Assembly: GCA_951406725.2 (NCBI GenBank)
Contig: OX597819.1
Span: 107,446,001-107,510,000 of the forward strand
DNA: 64,000 nucleotides
Reading direction: 5' to 3'
DNA from: Octopus vulgaris
Taxonomy: Eukaryota
Under the pieces are notes generated by a model, which had not been told where the DNA came from, made no database searches, and worked only from the letters and a program-made list of their open reading frames with translations. Positions 12,901 through 26,293 of the stretch are shown one piece after another (within the stretch, counting starts at the first letter, position 1; each line of letters begins with the position of its first letter). A program made the position numbers and the translations under genes.

Positions 12901-13000
12901 TTATTATTAGTTGGCATTCATTGTTTAAATAGTCACTCATCTCGATTCTTTCGTGATTCACGGCAGTAAGTTCTTGTGAACAATGTCCATCTCTTCCACT
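9960..13000 (-). mobile_element. degraded R4/Dong-clade non-LTR retrotransposon (RT, zinc knuckle, RLE)
   Basis: RT motifs GIFQGDILSPLLFVLCIIPL, INHPLFMD, KYLGIL, RLYLSRGKG, ETEAHICTAQEQAL; RLE motif RKPDIVVVNK..CIIIDIAC. Many frameshifts and stops; the 5' side abuts (TTA)n. Confidence 0.9.
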
Positions 13001-13253
13001 ATACCACTATACCATTATTATTATTATTATTATTATTATTATGATTATTATTAAAAATAAGAAGTGATAAAAATTCAGATAAAATTATTTTGAACTTGAC
13101 AAAGACAGACATAGTGTTGAAATATCGTTCAATAAAATATCTTACAATCGAATCGCGCTCTTCGTCTTTACTGTTTGCCTTTGTGAAGAGTTACGTCAAT
13201 CCTTTTTTAAAATATTATTATTATTATTATTATTATTATTGTTGTTGTTGTTG

Positions 13254-13297
<44 letters not shown>

Positions 13298-13847
13298 GAG
13301 TGAGAGAGCAGTTCATGCCATCAAAGTGACACTGGGGTAAAATATACGAAGCCCAATATACCCATCATGACTACCCGTCTGATAAGGGTACACCAGGCAC
13401 ATGCATCACAACCATATGTGCGCGACATGGTGATCTCATATCAAGATAAACAGCACATGACCTTGCAGGTGGGGCCCAGTTAGAATTTTCTTCAGGTTGA
13501 GTAGCCCATCCCGCTCAAAAGGTCCCTGAATAAGGGTTGTTTAAGGATGTTGAAAGAACCACCCATGTTTCCAGAGGTGAATTATTCAAACCCCAAAGAA
13601 TCCCTCTCAACACATGGCTATGATGCTCCCCCACTGCTTCTGCTCATGATCAGAGATGCACATATCGTCAGCCACTAAGGGACATGCTCAACTGGTTAAG
13701 GTCAAACAACTGACAAGCAAATCTGTGGTATTGAGCAGAATATTTGCTGTAGCCCATTTTTTATACCAAGACAAAACAATGTACATAATAACACTTCCAA
13801 TCAGTTAAGATCAGAAGCCATGAGAGCCACTGCCTGGTACTGCATCA
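13298..13847 (-). mobile_element. ~550-bp non-coding interspersed element inserted in (TTA)n
   Basis: Sharp-edged block of higher GC, no long ORF, bounded by (TTA)n on both sides. Orientation is a guess from the longer (AAT)n run at the left. Confidence 0.55.
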
Positions 13848-14691
13848 GTATTATTATTATTATTATTAATCAACATTTGGTAGTTTCAGGCAAATTTCTA
13901 CTGCATCACCTGATACACATCTGTGTTGCTGGGCTGCGTGCAGCATTGTATGTTTTTTATTATTAACAGTAGTATCGTTGTTGTTATTGTTGTTGCTGTT
14001 ATGCTTGCTGATACTATAATTGCTCAATAGTTTTATCGCTATTGCATGTTTTGCTTACATTACCAAGCGTAGTTCTCAGCGCGCTTAGAATGTGTGATAT
14101 ATTATTATGGTTCTGTTGTTTCTGTCGTACTAAAAGTACTTCATGTAATCGGCATACAATGCTTAGTACTTCTATTTTCTTTATACCGTTCATACTCGTA
14201 AATCCTGGACTTAGCATTATGTACTTGCATATTTTCTCCTGTCATTCACAAGGATACAAATCTAATGTCGGCAGTCGAGGAATTCTCCGCCGGGAATGCC
14301 GCTGCCATCGAGTATATGTCATTGAAAAAACCCAAAAAGGTCGAAATGCATCTGGCATTGACATTTGCCAATGTTAGAGCGATTTTTCATCTCCATCTGA
14401 TATTCATTGTGTTTTTAACATAGAAGCTCTATAAGAAGTTTTTTTATCTCGGGAGAAATACCACTGTAATCAGCCCACCAACTGTGTATATACATTAAAT
14501 GTTATATACAAATTGATATTTATGTGTGTGCGTGTACGTGTATATACATATGTATGCACATTTCTATGTGTGTGAGTATGCGTGTATGTGTATATACGTA
14601 TGTATGCACATTTTTATATGTGTGCGCGCGTACGTGCGCATGTGCGCATGCTTGTGTGCGTGCGTATGTGTGTACATATATGTAAGCACCT

Positions 14692-14727
<36 letters not shown>

Positions 14728-15541
14728 ATGCCTGTGTATGTGTGTATGCATGTGTGTATTCGTTTCAGTCTCTTCGTCAATCTGTGTGTAGAAAAATTTC
14801 GAAAACCATGGTATTTATATAAAACAAGTAATTTCATTATATCCCTTAACTTAGCTCTTCATCAAATTGAGTGGTTCAGCTCGATAAAAATTTTCAAATG
14901 TAACGGCTGGGGCTAACCCAGTAGTTAATATATTTTAATTGACCGCTGTCTAATATCAGGAATGACCCGCGTGTTATAAAAAGAAATTGAATATCAAACT
15001 GACGCAGCAAGTCATGTTCAATGTAAATGATAAACAATCCATTAGCGTGGCACAGCTTCGCCCGCTAATTGTATAATCATCATTGAGCAATAAAATCACT
15101 GCTTTTCAAATGCTTCATACTGATATTGTCAAGTTATTAAAGTAATTGATGTGTATTAAATGCCCGAAACGCAGTGAAATGCTAATGGACATTTCCTGAA
15201 ATTATTAACTAAACACGAAGGCCACACATGGAACATAAACTGTAAATTATTTTCATAATTATTTATATACTTAGAACTGGGAGTTGACAGCAACATCGAA
15301 ACTCAATAATTAGTATTGTTTATATTTTTCTATCATTTGTTTCTTTTCTTTTCTCTCCGATTTCGCACTGTTTTCATTGAAATCAATTAAGATTCCCATT
15401 TGAAGAATGCTCCTGTAATATGCAGGCATCGATATATTGACTACTTACCATTTGTAAGACAAATGGATGGCGTCCTTTAAAAGGCTTAATTACTTTTATA
15501 ATATGCATTATACTATGTGCATTATTATATCAGCAACATCC

Positions 15542-15760
15542 AAGGCGGTGAGATGGCAGAATGCAGAAATGCCGGGGGGAAAGTTTTTACAGCCTTTCTT
15601 CCGACTCTCTACATTCTGAGTTCATATTCCACTGAGATCAACTTTACAGTTCATCTCTACGGGGTCAATAAAATTAAGTACCACTAAAGTATTAAGATAA
15701 TCGTATAGACTATTCCCTTCCCCTCAAAATTACTAGCGCTGTACCTACGTTAAAACGTAT
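15542..15760 (+). mobile_element. tRNA-derived SINE, diverged
   Basis: aaggcggtgagatggcagaa...gagttcatatt...aagtacca; same family as 7109. Confidence 0.75.
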
Positions 15761-15784
15761 TATTGCTATTATTATCATCATTAT

Positions 15785-15826
<42 letters not shown>

Positions 15827-16029
15827 AATTTCCATTTCTTGCCGAGTGTCTTCCTGACACCAAGGGCAGAGAAACGTACTTGGTAGGCCATTAAAACAAA
15901 CACACCAGATTGTTCATTTACAGAGTCATGTGATATAGAAAAAAGGGGAAGACAGAGAAAAATAAAAAATAAAATAGAAAAGTAAATAAATAAAATAAAG
16001 GGGGAAACAGAAAGCAAATTCACAGCGAC

Positions 16030-17470
16030 AATGTTGACAGATCGGGATGGGCGCATGATACTCGACTCCAAGCAAATCCGTGCGACTTTTGAGCAGCACT
16101 TCGCGCGGCTGTTTGGGGAGGGCGATGGGTCGACGACGGTACTGGACTTTAGTTCGTATCTGGACGGCTTGCCGCGGCTCTCGGCAGCTGACGCGAGGTT
16201 ATGTGAAAGGCTGATAATTGTCGCTGAAATTCAAGAGGCGTTGAGCGATTGCACAAGCCGCAGGTCACGCGGTTTGGATGGTCTGCTCTACGAATTCTAT
16301 GTATTCATGCAAGAGAACGAGAGAATTCCTAGTGCTGCTAGCAGAAGTGTGGTGACACTGCTGAGAAAGGGTACCGACAATGGGGACGTACTATAGAATT
16401 TTCGGCACTTAACTCTGCTAAACACAAAGTTTAAGATTTTGCCCAAGGTGTTAACGAAATTGGTTGAAAGAAAGCTGTCCCTGAAAGGTCGGGCAGAGGT
16501 GGCGAATGCTTACATCGCCTCCATTATCATTTATTGCCTGACCGTCGTGCTTTGTCCTTGTTACTGCTTGACCAGGCTAGAGAGTCTCTTATTTAAAATC
16601 TTGTGGAAGGGACTCGTTCCAATGGTCAGGCGATCAGTCTGTTACCAGCATTCTCTGAGTTTCAGATTAGTTATGCCGTGGCTCCTAATGCGCAGACACG
16701 TGCTTAGATTACACCACATACAGCGATTTCTGGACGGTGAGCGTGTAGGCTCCGTTTGTAAGGCTCGTCTTTCCGCAACTCGTCTCCTTGACGGAACTGC
16801 AGTCCTGGGTGAAGAAAAAACCGAGACTGAGCGCCTGATACTTAGAATGTCGTCAGGCGCTCACAGCACTCTACTAGTCAGGCAATGGGATCGGTGGACG
16901 TTCCGCTTTAGAAATTCATAGATCAGTAGCAGGGAAGTGCGACGACGTTCTCGGGGAGACTCTGGGCGCCGACGATAATGACCTGGCTAGTCTACTCCGG
17001 AAGACTTTCCGGTCGAGACCTATCACGGATAATTTCCAGATGTCCACGGCCTGGCAGTGCTACCAGTTTGAGACAAGTTCTACCGGTACGGATGCGCTTT
17101 CAGACAGACTTGTCCTAGTTGCACGCAGGGTGTCGAAAGTGTTCTGCGCGCCCTCGTTCAGTGTCCGGGCATTGCTGACTTGTGGGGCTTTGTTGAACAG
17201 CTGCTGTCACATGTGGAACGGGTCCGTCTGTCGGCCGAGTCTGTAGTGATGAATGCACCGCCACTCTGCTTCAATCGGGCAGGCAAGGCAGTTTTCTTTT
17301 GCCTGGTGGCTGTGGCGAAAGAAGTTGTTTGGTGGACAAGGCTGAAAGGCATTAGGACAGATACATTCCTCTTTGGTAGAGCCCTCAGTAACTTTTTCAA
17401 GTTTCAGATCAAAAGGAAATTGAGAGTGGAGAGGGAAGTGTTGTCCTCGAGTGAATTCATCGGAAGGCTA
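16030..17470 (+). mobile_element. Tx1/L1-clade LINE ORF2 remnant with the RT core deleted
   Basis: LPRLS...GLDGLLYEFY, NFRHLTLLN..FKILPKVL joined directly to RKLSLKGRAEVAN; later a degenerate zinc finger (CPSC) and the C-terminus FFKFQIKRKLRVERE. Confidence 0.88.
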
Positions 17471-17545
17471 CTCCGTCACAAAGTTACCCATAGGCGAATT
17501 GGAGCAACGTGAAGGTTATGCACCTTCATATATACATATATATAT

Positions 17546-18858
<1,313 letters not shown>

Positions 18859-18952
18859 CACACACACATACAAACACACACATATATATATATATATGAC
18901 TGAAACAAAGAAAAGAATAAAAAAATACAGTATAAATTTATACAGGGTAAAT

Positions 18953-19800
18953 ATATACAAGGTATATCCGGCTAAATCTTACAATCTGCATAAACGTGAA
19001 GGAAAAATATATTAATCTATCCTAAAATATGTATATTTGTGTATTTTACTATAACAAAAATATTAACTGTATTATGACTGGAAGATTACAGTTTACTCGA
19101 AGAAGCAGCCTTCAATTTCCACCACGCCCTCAGGACGACTCCAGATAGCGCATGCGTGCCTCACTATGACACTGGGATGATCTACCTGCTGCTTGGCCAC
19201 CATCTCGGCCTTTGTATTGCAGAAATGTCCATTTTTCTATGTATGCATGGGTCGGATAGAATCTGTTGAAGCAGATTTTTCTGCAGGTTGATGCTCTTCC
19301 TGTTGTCATCTCTCATCCATTTCCAAGCAAACTCATATTTTCCCAAAGCTGGACATGGTTTTCTTGGAAAACTGGAGACAAACATCCCCATACACGCATA
19401 TCAGGCTTCCACACAGTCTCTTTTCCAACAGTTCCTCACTCACAGTAATCCATGAGATTAAAATCGGAGTAATTAAAACGCCAGCAATTGTGGTTATGGA
19501 AGTCGTTGAAGTTCACCGACAACAACTTGTGATTCTTTCCGGAAGTATAGCAAGGAGCCGTATCCAACTGACTCACATATAGCCTTCCAACCGGAACTCT
19601 CTATTGCCAGAATTTGCCACAGTTTACAGCAGCTTCACATAGCCGTTGGACTTGAGGCCAATGTCAAGTTCAAACATGTGTAGATGAATTGCAGCGTGCG
19701 GACACATTCAGAATGCCTAATGTGTTGCTTCTTACTAGCCACGGCTTTGTGGTCACCGTTGCAGATCTCCATGTCACGTATTACAGTTTTTAAAATGTTT
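18953..19800 (-). pseudogene. maT/DD37D-like (Tc1-mariner superfamily) transposase remnant, interrupted at ~19200-19430
   Basis: Minus-strand GRLYVSQLDTAPCYTS (QQDxAPxH-like), WRFNYSDFNLMDY (WPxxSPDLNPxDY-like) and C-terminal ..GVVEIEGCFFE*; TIR-like tacaaggtatatccggct at the left. Confidence 0.65.
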
Positions 19801-19859
19801 ACAAATCATTGAGCAGCAGTCAGGCTGTTCGAATTTTCATACACGGTTCGAAACATCAT

Positions 19860-20210
19860 GATATATGAATATATAAACACAGATAATTTAATGGTTCACT
19901 ACAGCTGTTTCAGTTGCGTTTTTTATTGATGAATAATTTGACTACATCATGAAGAAACACCGTTTTCTTCGAGTGGCTTAAGAATTTAAAACTTGGTTCG
20001 GGGACAAAATACTAAGATTTGGAATGCGGATTGTTGCCGGAATAAGAGGGTCAATCCAAATACCACACCATTTTTCCCGAACCAAATTTTTAATTTTTAA
20101 TTCATCCGAAGAAAATGTTTTTTCTCATGATGTATTATCCCCAAATTAAAAAAGAAACACGTCTGAAACAGCTGTAGTGAACATTTAGCCAATTTGTGTT
20201 CTTATTTTAT
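19860..20210. repeat. imperfect ~350-bp foldback
   Basis: Perfect 20-bp inverted repeat 19894-19913/20163-20182 plus further complementary blocks inward. Confidence 0.8.
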
Positions 20211-20475
20211 GTAAACACCATTCCTGGAACCTTCCCTATGTTGGATCTGTAACTTACATTCGATCGTGAAACTGCATGCTGGTATATATAGGTGTATAAT
20301 TTCGTGTGTATATCTATACGTAATTGTATATGATTGTACATGTATGTGTTAGTGTATGAATATGTCCGTATATTCATGGGTATGTATGAGCACTTTGTAT
20401 ACGGTATATAGACGGCTGTGCAGATCTCAACCTTCGCTTGGTGTCCTTGTTTCAAATGAATACTACAAATAATTA

Positions 20476-20552
<77 letters not shown>

Positions 20553-20629
20553 TATATATGCATATAGATATAAATACATATATATATATATGTATGTATG
20601 TATACACACATATATACATATATGTGCAT

Positions 20630-20920
20630 GTTTAACGTAATCGGCAACCCTACAAAAGTAATGGGCAACGCTCCCTGAGTAAACAATGAGGAAATTTCTT
20701 CTCTCGGATTCCTTACAAACGTTCTTTTATATTGCAGTATTGTTTAATCACAAAGTTAAATTAAAGACAAATTTACAGGCCGCTTTGTAATTAAGGATAC
20801 TTCAGTATCAACTGATGAACATGTACTGAAAACAAATCTATTTTGAATTTCTCAGATAAACAATATACAGTTCATTTGATTTATCTGCTTACAAGAAAAG
20901 TAGGCAATTGCCCATCAGAT
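20630..20920. repeat. unclassified dispersed repeat (second copy at 24116-24418)
   Basis: tgtttaacgtaatcg.caaccct...ttctcagataaacaa...aggcaattgcccatcagat is present twice. Confidence 0.75.
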
Positions 20921-21469
20921 AAGAGTCACCATAGTACACTATGTCTGGAGCACCTAAAGTCATGGCTTCGCTGAAGGAGAAATGATATGATGCTAAACAA
21001 CATCGATATTCGTAATGATGATACTATTGGTGATAATAAATATTAAACAAAATTAAACAGTAGCCTACGATTCAATAAACGTAGTTTTATGTGTTTCCCT
21101 CTCGGCAGTAAATTTGAAACGTATGTAAATACGTAATTGCGAGTAACAGATTAGAATTATTGACACAACAATCGGTGGCATGAAAACCTTTAAGTTTGCA
21201 ACTAGAATAAATATTCCTGGCATTTTGATATATTTCGTATTATACAGAGCCATATTGTGGCATGTAACGAGCAAAGTAATTTACTGCTGAATGTATTCAT
21301 CGTATAAATGGAAGCATCAATAAAAGATCGATTTATGTTCAGGCTTCTGGCACGTTTATATATATCACAATTCCCCCTTAAAATCTTATTCGTTTACTTA
21401 GTGTAATTCCACAGCAACCACTTCATAAAGCACTCCATAAATCTGTTTCGCTACTTGGAGTCATAACGG

Positions 21470-21680
21470 TTTCAAATTTTGGCACAAGACCAACAACTTC
21501 GAGGAAGTTGGTAAGTCGACTACTTCAACCCCTGTAATCAACTTGCACTTATTTTATCGACGTCGAAATGATAAATGGGAAATCGACCTCGGCGGAATTT
21601 GAACTCATGACGTAAAGACGGACGAAATGTCACTAAGCATTTTGTCCGCCATACTAACGATCCCGCTTCGTCTGCCGAAA
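21470..21680 (-). mobile_element. tRNA-derived SINE (7109 family)
   Basis: Reverse-complement match: tcgacctcggcggaatttgaactc...aagcattttgtcc. Confidence 0.8.
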
Positions 21681-22082
21681 TCTATATAAATAAAACTGTA
21701 GTTGTGTGGTGTCTGTCTCCTACGATTTAGATTCCTAACTACTCCCACATTTTGCGGTGCAGTTTAACCAAAAGCGGGTATCTTATAGTCGTGATTCATA
21801 TCGAGCCCTTCTGGGTATTAGCGCGCGTCTACGATGAGTCTACGATTTAAAAAAAATTTACCATCATTTTTTTCCATTTTTAATGCATTTTTTTGCTACT
21901 ATATAAGGGAAGTAACTCTCTAAAAATGTCTACGATGAGTCTACGATTTAAAAAAAAATTACCATCATTTTCTTCCATTTTTAATGCATTTTTTGCTATT
22001 ATATAAGGGAAGTAACTCTCTAAAAAATTCTTATATAGTTATTTCCCTTACAAACCCGAGCAGCGCCGGGCGATACTGCTAG
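21681..22082 (+). mobile_element. non-autonomous Helitron
   Basis: A|TC 5' end (tctatataaataaaa), 3' hairpin cccg..cggg followed by CTAG|T, no TSD; internal ~100-bp tandem duplication 21827-22028. Confidence 0.85.
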
Positions 22083-22689
22083 TAATTAATATAATATTAC
22101 ACATTGACTTCAATTGTCTTTTCCTTCTCGTATACATACCTCATAATTAGCTTTTTAATATTTCCTATAACTATTAATATTTATTCAACTATATATGTTT
22201 TATCTATATATCTAACTCACCTGCATGGAGTTTTTCTATTTAGCATTTAAGTGCACCCTGCATTAAAAAAGCTATTACTAACTTACCTATCTAATTATCT
22301 GTCTACCTACCTATCTATCTATATATCCCACCATATATTTTCTCTAATTAGCATTTTTTTTCATGCTCCTCCGATCCCTCTAGCTAACTATCTAATTAAC
22401 CTGTCTGTCTCTCCCACAATATAATTTTTAAGGTTTTCTGCATTCAATAAGTTAGCAGTAATTTAAATACTGTTTTTCAAGCAGATGGCGGCTCTGAATT
22501 TTATTCTGTAAACAATCCTACATTCTACATCAATTCATTTACAACATTTTATATGTGCTAATTAATTCCTTCAGCATTGTCTTGTTAGGTGTAATTAGGT
22601 CTACGCTTTGTGGATGAAGTCATCAAAGCTTGGAAGCACGTGCGAAGTTTTCCTTCATAGTTTTTGAAATGCATTAAATAACATTAATT

Positions 22690-22900
22690 TCAAATTCTGG
22701 CACAAGGCCAGTAATTTCGGGGGAGGGATAAGTCGGTAACATCGATCCCAGTGCTCAATTGGTACTTGTTTTATCAACACCGAAATGATGAAAGGCAAAG
22801 TCGACTTAGGTGAAATTTGGTCTCAGAACGATAAGACGGATGAAATGCCTCTAAACATTTCGTCCGGCGGGCTAGCCATTCTACCAACTTGTCGCCTTAT
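22690..22900 (-). mobile_element. tRNA-derived SINE (7109 family)
   Basis: Reverse-complement match over the full length. Confidence 0.8.
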
Positions 22901-23039
22901 TGCTTTAAATAATATTAACCACTGACTAATCTCCTCTCTTCTTTTCCACCACCATTAAATGTCAAGCTACCTTACACCGTCACTCGTTTTCAATCTCTCC
23001 AAACATATATAAATATATGTATATATGTATTGATGTATT

Positions 23040-23260
23040 GTGGAGGCGCGTGGCTTAATGGTTTCGATTCCTGGCCCGAGTGACGCGTTGTATTCTTGGG
23101 CAAAACACTTCATTTCATCTTGCTCCAGTCCACTCAGCTGGCAAAAATGAGTAACGCTGCGATGGACTGGCGTCCCGTCCAGCTGGGGAATACATACGCC
23201 ACTGAAACCGGGAAACCGGGCCCATGAGCATGGCTAGGCTTTAAAAAGGCGCATTTATTT
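23040..23260 (+). mobile_element. SINE with partly deleted tRNA head and a 12-bp TSD
   Basis: B-box ggtttcgattcc, (ATTT)n tail; TSD tattgaYgtatt at 23028-39 and 23265-76. Confidence 0.75.
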
Positions 23261-23272
23261 ATATTATTGACG

Positions 23273-23600
23273 TATTGGCTTGTCAAGTAAATTCGTTCGG
23301 TTTTTTATTTTATTTATTTTTTTGCTTTTCAAATTTATTTTAATCCTTAATTCACATGAACGAGTTTAACAAATTAGAAAATAATATATTCTCCTTCATT
23401 GACAGAAAATCTTAACACGAATAATTCATAGGGCAATGTTTTCAGTTCCACGTCGTTGTTGAACGATACACTTCGCAGACTGCTGGAGAGTAATTGCAAA
23501 ATAAAATAATCTGAAGGCGCTATATAAGGAGAACCTGATGGATATGGTAGCATTTTCCATTCGTGCTCTTGAATAGAAGTTTTAGTCAAATTAATAGGTA
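23273..23600 (-). pseudogene. mariner transposase C-terminal remnant with TIR-like end
   Basis: WKMLPYPSGSPYIAPSDYF..LRSVSF corresponds to the HPPYSPDLAPSDY motif. Confidence 0.8.
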
Positions 23601-23986
23601 TGGTGTTCGAACAGCATACCTATGTAATTCTAACGTCATTTTAGCTTTTTTAGTTTCCTTAATCTTTGCTACTGACGAATACTTTTTGACAACCCAGATT
23701 CTTAAAATGAATTTATTGTCTTTCTGTATGAAACGACCGTATAGATATATGAACAAAAATAATTTCAATCCATATTAACATCTAATCTCCTCCTTTTTTC
23801 GAAAAATATGATTGAATTTGTCGAGCTTTGTTTTATAACTTAAATCATATACTTAATATACTAATATAACTTTTCATATCTACGCTAATTTACACCAATA
23901 AATAAGAAATAAGTATGAAGAAACAACGTTAGAAATCTTTTGGAAATTACTCCTGTTAAAAGAGGAATTCGCATTCAACCCTTTTA

Positions 23987-24097
<111 letters not shown>

Positions 24098-24404
24098 ATG
24101 TATGTATGTATGTATGTTTAACGTAATCGACAACCCTGCCAACTCAACGGGCAATGTTATTCGTTCCCTGAGTAAACGAAAAAATTTCTTCTCTCGGATT
24201 CCGTACAAACGTTCATTTTTACTGCAGCGTTGTTCAATAACAAAATTAAATTAATGGCCAATTTACAAGCCTCTTTGTAATTAAGGATAGTTCAGTATCA
24301 ACTGATGAACATGCACTGAAAACAAACCAATTTTTTATTTCTCAGATAAACAACATACTCTTCTTGCTAGAGACACTAGGCAATTGCCTAGAGACACTAG
24401 GCAA

Positions 24405-24935
24405 TTGCCCATCAGATTCTACCAAATTACACTGCTATGTTCTCAAGCATTTCGTAGTGGATTAGACTTTCCAAACCCCATTGAACGCAGCTCTGGCTTC
24501 ATTAGAGGTGTTGCTTGCTTGTCGGAATTCAGCCATTCTCTTCTTTGCTTCGTATTGACACAATGACTCCATTTTCAGTGCCAAGTGTCAAGCGAGCAAA
24601 CTGGCGGAGATAGACGAGCGGTAGAGATTGTCTCTTTCGTCCAGAGCGTTCATGTGGTACTCAGGCACAGGGAATTTGGACGTTACCTCTCAAGTTAAGG
24701 TGACGGACAGCGGCATCATGAGACCATTCCGTTAGCTTGACCAATTTCCTAATAAAGCGACGCAGATTCCCATGGATGAGGTCGTTCAATCGATCCTCAT
24801 TAAGCTGCGCAGGTTTATGAGAACGCAGAGAGTCGGTGTGGTCGAATTCCCCTTCTTTAAATGTAAAAAATCATTTCTTTGTAGATCTTTCCGTAATGGC
24901 GCCTTCTCGATACACAGCACAGATATCTCGAACGA
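24405..24935 (-). pseudogene. mariner transposase N-terminal remnant
   Basis: RDICAVYREGAITERST..FKEGEFD..D..RS..P..VPH resembles the Mos1/Hsmar HTH and WVPH region. Confidence 0.75.
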
Positions 24936-26249
24936 AGAGAATGAGGCGTCGAAAGCGCTTATTTTCTCCTAATTGGCACTCCGCCCTCGTATGTCTGGAA
25001 AGAGGTAAAGGTAAACAAAAATCGAATAGAACTACATCAAACATAACGTTAAAAATATTGTTCAAGCTAATTCTATTAACATTGAGAAGAAACGAACGAA
25101 TTTATTTAACACACACACACACGTATATATATATATATCCACATGCAATTACACATAAATATGCATATATGTTACAGCTTACATATGTAAATGTACATAT
25201 ATGTGTGTGTGTCTGTCTGTTTGTGTATCCGTGTGTGTATGTATATGAACATATAAATGTATGCCTGTGTCTGTGTGTGTATGTATGCGTGCATGTAATG
25301 TATGTATGGGTGGTTTGTTTCAAGTTAGAGTCTTAAAGCTTCCTGTACTAAATATGTAAACACTAACATCACTCCCTATATAATTATTAGTTTTAATATT
25401 CAATTGGCCGTTGGTCTCACTTATCCATTACATATGGATTTATTCGTTTTCGGTTTCATTGGTTCTTAAGTACAGTATTCAGTATTCAAGAGGAAACACT
25501 CCTATGTTCCCGCTTCACTACTATAAAACATTATGTTCCACAAAACTGATCTTCATGTCACATCTGTAGCATGCTAATAGGTAGAAAATTACGCACTTTA
25601 TATTTATTCTTTTGACAAGGAACTGGTCGATACACTGGATACACTGATTTGAATTCAGACCATGTATTACAACAATATATCTGATTGTGAACAAATGAGA
25701 AAGTATCTAGTTAGTTGGAACTGCTTCTAGAGATAGCAGTGAGATCACCTTGTAATCATGAGGAAGAATTGTACTTGCAGATATGTGTGTCCGAGGATGT
25801 GAGGTGTTGATGTGTATGTGTGCGTGCAAGTGTGTGTATGGGCGTGTGTGAGTGCGTGTGCATTTGCATGTGTGTGTGTGTGTGTGTGTGTGCGTGTGTG
25901 TGTGCGTGTGTGTGTGCGTGTGTGTGTGTGTGTGTGTTCTCTGAAGAAAAAGGTGGTGTCTAATCTATACTTAAGACCTGTTTATTGGAACTTAAACATC
26001 ATTGAGATAATAGTGTATCTACATATACTTATGAATGTATGCATGTATATAATTAAGCATATATGCCCGTGTGTATGTTTACGCGTGCGCGTCAGTGTAA
26101 TATCTATAAATGCGTGTACGTACATATTACATATCTGTATGTATGTGAGGATGTATGCATGAGTGCAAGCTTAATGTGCCATTCCATGTGTGGTCTTGTG
26201 TATTATGAATACATATTTATATGCTTACACATGCATGCATGCATATGCT

Positions 26250-26293
<44 letters not shown>

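Noticed and set aside
20812-20845. Hammerhead (ctgatga...gaaa), also at 24302
   Set aside because: No stem II/III or cleavage triplet conserved between the two copies.
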